From: Chrysomallon squamiferum
Lineage: Eukaryota; Animalia; Mollusca
Direction: 5' to 3'
Assembly: GCA_012295275.1 (NCBI GenBank)
Contig: CM022668.1
Span: 14,942,001-15,006,000, forward strand
Length of the DNA stretch: 64,000 nt
Part shown: piece by piece, positions 56,791 through 64,000 of the stretch
How the letters are laid out: every line of letters begins with the position of its first letter
Position numbering within the stretch: the stretch's first letter is position 1
The notes under the pieces: generated by a model
Told to the model about the DNA's origin: nothing
Database searches by the model: none
Seen by the model: the letters and a program-made list of their open reading frames with translations, nothing else
Translations under genes and position numbers: made by a program

Positions 56791-57895
56791 TGCTTCTGTT
56801 CATTTTCCTTTTTATTATCTCAGTTTAATTATTCCTTTATTATTTCTTCCTTCCTTCCTTCCATCCTTTTTATTTTCTTATCTTTATAAGCCTTTTTATT
56901 TTTTTTCCTTCATTCATTTATTTTTGCAGCTATTCTTCAGAAGATAGTTTTATCATCTTGAATGTTCTTTTTTTAACAATTTAATTCATGTTGCTTTTCT
57001 ATTTTGTATGAATAAATACATTTATGTGTACATGAAGTATATTTAAAAAAAGTTTGAAAGAAAAAAGTCAAAAAGTTTATTATTTCAAAATGTCATACAG
57101 AAAACTATAGTGATACTGGTGAATTTGTAGTGGTATGTTTGCAAATTATTATGTCACAGAATAATTTGATTTGGTTGCCCAGTGTCAGTTCTAAGTCATT
57201 TTAATTGATTCTGACCAAATACTATTAAATAAGTATATATATGAAGGAAAACACAATGAAAACAATTGGTTTTGGTAAATTTTAGTTCACCATATAAATA
57301 AAGTATGTTATCAGATTTCATCATTCATTCTTTCCTTTTACCTTTTATTGTACTCTGTTTTATTTTTTCTTCTTTCTTTTTGCTATTGCTATTCTTCTGT
57401 TATACACTTCTTCAGTTTGTTTATTTCTTCTTGCTTATTTTGTTTGTTTGTTTGTTTATTTATTTCTGTTTTTTTTTTTTTTTTGGTTTTGAAGATCTTT
57501 CTCCACTACCTTCCTTTATTTGTTTCTTTGTATCCTTTTGTCCTCTTCCTTTTCTATTTCATTATTTTATTTTATTTTTTATATATATATATTTACACAT
57601 GTATTTTGTTTTTTTGTTTTTTAATTATTTTTATTATATTTTTGAAGTAATGTGATCATTTTATCATTATATTGTGTGTATATATATATAAAAGTGTATA
57701 TATTTTATATAAAAAAGGTATACTAATTTTATAATTACATATTGTGTTTTCATTTATTTAAATTATTGTTAGTGTCATTATAATTAATTATTATTATTAG
57801 CATTAGGGGTTGTTTTTTTTTATTTAATTTTATACTTTTTATTATTAAAACAATTTATGAGGACTCTCTTTAATTAGATTGGTAATCAATGCATC

Positions 57896-57948
<53 letters not shown>

Positions 57949-58301
57949 TGACTAACTTGGTATTATATTACTGCTAGTTTTCGTAGTGGGTGTACAAAGA
58001 CGGGTCTATTGTATATACGATGACAGGAACGAATACTGGAAAGTTCTCCGTTCCCTGAACTTTACTGAAGTTATTTCCCTTTGTTTAGTAATGGTGGCTT
58101 TTCTTCTTGGTGGTGTCAGTGTTAAAATCTTTGATACTTTTAAGAATGACATTATTGCAGTTGCTGACAAAATTCATAAACACAGGACTTTATTACTGAT
58201 AATAGAATGCACTTCTCTTGTTCGAGTATGAGAACAATATAAACCACTGCGGTCACAACTTTGACGTGATTAATATCAAGAAAGACGATGTCGCAGGTAA
58301 G

Positions 58302-58333
<32 letters not shown>

Positions 58334-59057
58334 ATTCCGAGTTTAAAAATAGAACGGCTGTTCAAATTTTAATTATGTTTAACAAACTCTAGCTTAAGAA
58401 CCAATTGCTTTGGTTATTATTCGTTTCAGTAATGCTCGTAACGTATCTAGACTAATTTGGTAAGTTGTGTGTGTTATCCAGAGATGCAAACAACTGTTAG
58501 AAATAAAACAAATTCTAACATTACCATTGACGTCATAAGACACAAACACATGGAACTAATGGTCATGCAATCCATTCACACTCTGGTTTGCTCTTTATAA
58601 TTTTTTTCTCGGTTGTGTAAACTAATGGTCATGTTTGGAGGCTTTGCCCCGTGGGCCTATACTTCTGTTAAGATGACCCTACCCTCTCTACCCGTTCCCA
58701 GTCTCACAAATATTCTTTTTCCGTCTGTCTGTTTAATCTCTTTCTCACTGGTTCTCTTCCCCATCTCCCCATTTTACCTGCTTAACTTACACCAACCTTT
58801 TCAATCCCTGACTTTCCTTCTTTTCTTAAGTCTCTTACATTAAATCTTGTGTTTGTGCCATCTAAACGCCAGTCAAGATAACAAGTTTGAAGAATAAGAT
58901 GCAGATTTTAAGGCCGCCTGCACGACTGCTTACGAAAGCCCTTCAACCGTCATAGGGGCGGATGGCCTAATTCTCGGGAATGACGATCGTCAGGAATATT
59001 TTTGAATTTCATATCTTCAGTCTTACTTCTGTAGCAATCGTTTGCCTAATGTAAAAC

Positions 59058-59099
<42 letters not shown>

Positions 59100-59845
59100 A
59101 AAGAAAAAGAATACTTGAACGAAAAAAAAAAAGAAAAGAAAGAAATGAAAAAAAATATCAAGAAGGAAATTATGTCATTAGCAACACAAGAGTTTTCAAA
59201 ATGGTATCGACGTTTCCGGTATTTTCTGTCCGTTATCTTTGTTAACATGGGTAAAAAAAAGCCGAAGTAATGAGCCCAATCAATTTTTGGGGAAAAAAGC
59301 TTCGGAAATATTATGACATAGATGAACTTAATGGTACATTTCATTGGCGGTTTAATGATTTGATCGAACGAACAACGAAATAAATAGACAAAATATATAT
59401 TTTTTTTTTTACTATTAATTCATTTATGAATAATATTTTATTTAAAGTGCCGTAGGTCATTTCTTTGAAATTGAAATCTTGTGCTATTGATTTATTTAGT
59501 TTATTTTTATTATTTTATTTTTTTTTTTTCTGTCTTAAATATTGCTTTTACTGGATAATGATGCCGATATTTCTATGTGCGTGCGCGCGTACTTGTATTT
59601 GTGCATGTGTGTGCGCATCTGTGTGTGTGTGTGTTTTAAGTAACGAATCTCCAATTTCAGAAAACTGTTATTCTGAAAATCACTGTTTACACTAAGTTTG
59701 TCTTCTCGATTAGTCAGATGAGCGATGTTATATTAGGAGTTAATATGTTTCAGAACGAGGCAAATTGTCATGTTAATACTGGACTGAAATACACATGTTA
59801 CTTATTCATCATTCATCTCAATGTCTTGTGTAAACGTAGGTCAGT

Positions 59846-59942
<97 letters not shown>

Positions 59943-59943
59943 G

Positions 59944-60006
<63 letters not shown>

Positions 60007-60287
60007 ATAACAAATCATACTAAATAAATATTTGGCAAGAGAGTTCAGGGTTAATGCTGTTCGGTTAGTTATTTGAACTATTTCCCGTTCCGGAATATGC
60101 CCAAAGACGGGCTAGGAACTCATGCTGTCGATCAGTAAGTTATAAATGGGAATAACCACTGTTAAACAATCATAATCGATAATTTAAAAAAAACAGCCGT
60201 TAACTATATATCGTACGATATATCATATCGTAGCTAAATCATAGTATCAGTAGCAGATAAAAAACGTAGGAGTAACTACTGCATATA

Positions 60288-60422
60288 GTCCGAATAACCG
60301 GAACATTTAGTCCGTAAGGATAACCAAAACGTTTAGATCGTAAGGATAACCAAAACGTTTAGTTCGTAAGGATAACTAAAACGTTTAGTTCATAAGAATA
60401 ACCACAGCTTTTGTCCGTAGGA
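60288..60422. repeat. 26-bp tandem repeat, about 5 copies
   Basis: Unit cgtaaggataaccaaaacgtttag(a/t)t. Confidence 0.85.
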
Positions 60423-61017
60423 TTAATTATGAACAAAACCGGTATTTTAGGTGTTTTTCTGCACAGAATATTTTCTATTTAACCTTAAAAAAGAAAAAAA
60501 AAATAAAAAAATAAAAATAAAATTATATGAATTATAAGGTGTACCGCCAACTGTTTACACAGTGTAAGAAATCAACCTAAAACGTATTTTTAATTTTTTT
60601 TAATTTTTTTTGTTTATCCAATGAGCAACTTCATATTTACAAAACCAAATCATCTCTTCAGGTTTACTCTGATTTTCATCATTTGTTTGCTTTGCCAATT
60701 GGAAGAAAAGTTATCATGATTATTAATATTCAATAACACTCGTGTCGTGCTGTCTTATGTCAGAATGATAGATTACAGCTGATAATTCAGTCAGATGTTC
60801 TTAGCGAGTCGTAATAGTCGATAACGTAATTATCGAAATTTTTGGTAAATTAATTTTTTCTTTAATTAAATAGTAATTATTCTTTTTAAAGGTTTAACTT
60901 TTTTCTTAAATTGTTGTTTCTTCTTGTTTACTGTTGTTGTTTTTGTTGTTGTTTTTATTGTTGCTTTTGTTATTGTTGTGTTGTTTTATTATAGTTCTAT
61001 TATCATCCTCACTATTT

Positions 61018-61098
<81 letters not shown>

Positions 61099-61482
61099 AT
61101 CTTTATATATATATATATATTTTAGACACTATCATCAACGAAAAAAACTGACGAATTATTATTTTTAATTCTATATAAAAAAGAGTAAAGTGATAAATCA
61201 TCCGCACTTTATGTTCCCCCACCTCCCTAACCTCCCCCACCATCATCACCAAGAGCATTTTAGTGAAATCGATTACTTAAGCGTGAATCTTGGACAATTT
61301 TCATGTCGGCAGCCCATAACCAAAACAATTCGTCATCTTTCGGAACGGCTGTCAGTGACGTAACATCGTTTCTTATCAGTGTTGTCATAGTTACTGCGAT
61401 AGCGGCGTTGTTCGTACAGCTACATTAATTCTTTAAAATATCCAGTTGTTTCTGCTTTTTTTTTTTTTTTTTTTTTTTCATT

Positions 61483-61515
<33 letters not shown>

Positions 61516-61610
61516 TTCTTATTATTATTATACGAATAAACAAAACACGTTACGTATGTATATATAAAAATCCTAAAATAATAAATACATTTTTATGTAG
61601 AATCAAAAAG

Positions 61611-61706
<96 letters not shown>

Positions 61707-61829
61707 CACAAGCACACACACATTATTTTATCATCATAATCATTATTATAATCATCATGAACAATAACATCAACAACATCAGCAACAACAACAACAACAA
61801 CAATCCTAGCCCTAAATATCTACAATTCA

Positions 61830-61990
61830 TAAGGCGGGGGACCCACCCTAAACTTTTGTTAGATTCGCCGCTCATTTCTTCTGTTGAACAAACGACAATA
61901 CTAATGCTTTGAAGATCTATTTCCCATTCTAACCGGTGTCTCGTGAATGGTTAATCAACGACTTTCTGGTTGTGGCCGAAGTTGTATACA
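61830..61990 (+). mobile_element. Highly degenerate SINE body related to the element at 23637
   Basis: ctatttcccattctaaccggtgtctcgtgaatggttaatcaa aligns loosely with ctattttcccgttccaaacagagccatgcgactaatttatcga. Confidence 0.35.
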
Positions 61991-62412
61991 ACGAATTTCG
62001 TAATTATTTCTTTTTCATATTTCATACTGGAAAAAGTGAAGTCAGCTCTATATCAGTAGTGGTATATGGCACGTGACTGTGATGACGTCATTGTCAGTAA
62101 TGGCAAGGATTCCGTTTAGATGGTCAGAGATACGTTACTGATTATTTTATTTTATTCCATTAACTTCTGTTTTCTTTCCTTTTATTTCTTTTCTTTTTCT
62201 GTTCTTTATTTATTTCCTTTTATTTTATTTATTTTATTTCCTCAGCTAAACTGTGATAATAATGCTGCTTCATGCCTGCGTAGAATCTGGTTTTTTTTTT
62301 TTTCTTCTTCTTCTTTTTTTTTTTTCCATTTCCATCTCTCCCTTCGGCGCATCAATAAATTCTTTACAAGATAAACTAATCTCTAGAAATCTGGGAATAA
62401 AAAGAAAACACA

Positions 62413-62443
<31 letters not shown>

Positions 62444-62875
62444 GAGCGAGAGAAAAAAGAAAGAAAAGAAAAGTCATTTACAAAAGGAGATTTTTGCCCT
62501 AGGAATTCCCGTGACTTAGAAACGACCCAATAGATTTTAGTTTCAGGAAATCCTTTTTTTTTTTTTTTTTACTTTCCAAAACATTTGTGGTTCTTTGAGA
62601 ATTTCTGACGTAGTGATTTCCACGTTTATTGTCTGGTAGAAAAGTCCCATTATCGGACATGTAATAAGGTTTTACAAGTCACTGTCAACAGTGAAAGACA
62701 TAGAACGATAAAACAGAAATTTCATTTAACCGAATGTTCCCGTCCATTGACATAAGTGTACTGAAGAAGTCGAAGGCAAAGAAGAAGAAGAAGAAGAAGA
62801 GAAGACGAAGAAGAAAACGAACAAGAAGTAGAAGAAGAAGACAACGATGATAACGACTTTGTTATGACCTCAGTA

Positions 62876-62909
<34 letters not shown>

Positions 62910-63399
62910 CTCATTAAATACGATGGTATTATTTTAGATATCTGTACAGTCGTCCCAATATGTACGCTGTAAAAATACAACTTCAGCAACAACAACAAAA
63001 CTACTGTTACTACTACTATCAAACAAGTATCAAATATCCTGTTACTTCTTCTAGTACGACGACAGCCACTTTGCAACTAGTAACATTACTACTACCATTA
63101 CAACAACAACAACTACTACTATTATTATTGCTACTTACACTAATACTACTACTATTACTACAGCTAGGAGTATTATATTATACTACTTATACTACTATTA
63201 CTACTACGACTACGACTATTAATACTATGATTATACTGCTACTACTGTAACAACAATTGCTGCTATCACTACTGCTAGTTCTAGTACTACTACTTCTTCT
63301 TGTATTAGAACTCACACTAGCTCGTTAAAAAAAAGAAAAAAAAAAAACTAAAACAGAGTGAAAGGTAGATTTATATATTTTTCACTGATCGAGAAGACC

Positions 63400-63495
63400 A
63401 GTTCTGGCGCATGCTTTGTCATTCGCGTAACGAATGCGCGTATCTCAGCGACAATCGAACACGCCCCGTGACGTCATAAACATGGCGGCCGTTGC
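63400..63495 (+). promoter_or_regulatory. Promoter-like CpG-rich element (NRF1-like, GC box, CRE, YY1)
   Basis: GCGCATGC near 63407, ACGCCCC near 63461, TGACGTCA at 63469 and AACATGGCGGC (YY1 consensus) near 63479, all within about 90 bp. Confidence 0.5.
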
Positions 63496-63578
63496 TGATT
63501 ACCCAGCGATTTCTTTGTCGAATAGATGTGATCTGTTTGTGACTAGAATGCACTGCAGTTGTTTCAACTAGTTATTTC

Positions 63579-63697
<119 letters not shown>

Positions 63698-63952
63698 ATT
63701 ATCGTAAATATACGTAACTAAAATAGTATTATTTTTCTGTTAATGTAATTAATTAATGTATATATTTTTTTATCTTCATAATAGTTACGTTTAACTAAAA
63801 ATCGGATCATTAATATACATTATATAAAGATATGCCTTTTGTGATGCTTATAAACCGACAATTGCAACAAGAACAACTACGACGACAACGTTTCAAACCG
63901 AATAGAAAGTAGTACTTAAATATCAAGCTTTTTTTCTTCAATAGAACAACAC

Positions 63953-64000
<48 letters not shown>

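Overview
AT-rich, microsatellite-dense eukaryotic (animal) genomic DNA with spliceosomal introns. It is probably lophotrochozoan/molluscan, but that is inference only. Almost all ORF-track entries are simple-repeat artefacts. By reading splice sites by hand I could build four protein-coding genes: (1) a divergent innexin with a single coding exon (15074-16135, -); (2) Wnt10, 5 coding exons, 370 aa (29804-41512, +); (3) ESCRT-II subunit VPS25, 6 exons, 177 aa (45173-48080, -), whose intron 2 is a U12 minor-spliceosome intron; (4) NEDD8 E2 UBE2F, 6 coding exons, 183 aa (49625-53528, +), head-to-head with VPS25. Most interesting observations: the innexin appears to have lost both partners of one conserved extracellular disulfide, carries an extracellular N-glycosylation sequon and lacks the usual N-terminal helix, making it a candidate pannexin-like non-junctional channel. 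A possible spliced antisense transcription unit would contain this innexin in its intron. The VPS25/UBE2F adjacency mirrors the human RAMP2-VPS25 and RAMP1-UBE2F loci. The window shows a CpG-rich versus CpG-depleted mosaic, and CRE palindromes (TGACGTCA) are strongly over-represented. No database searches were possible, so all family calls rest on recalled sequence motifs.
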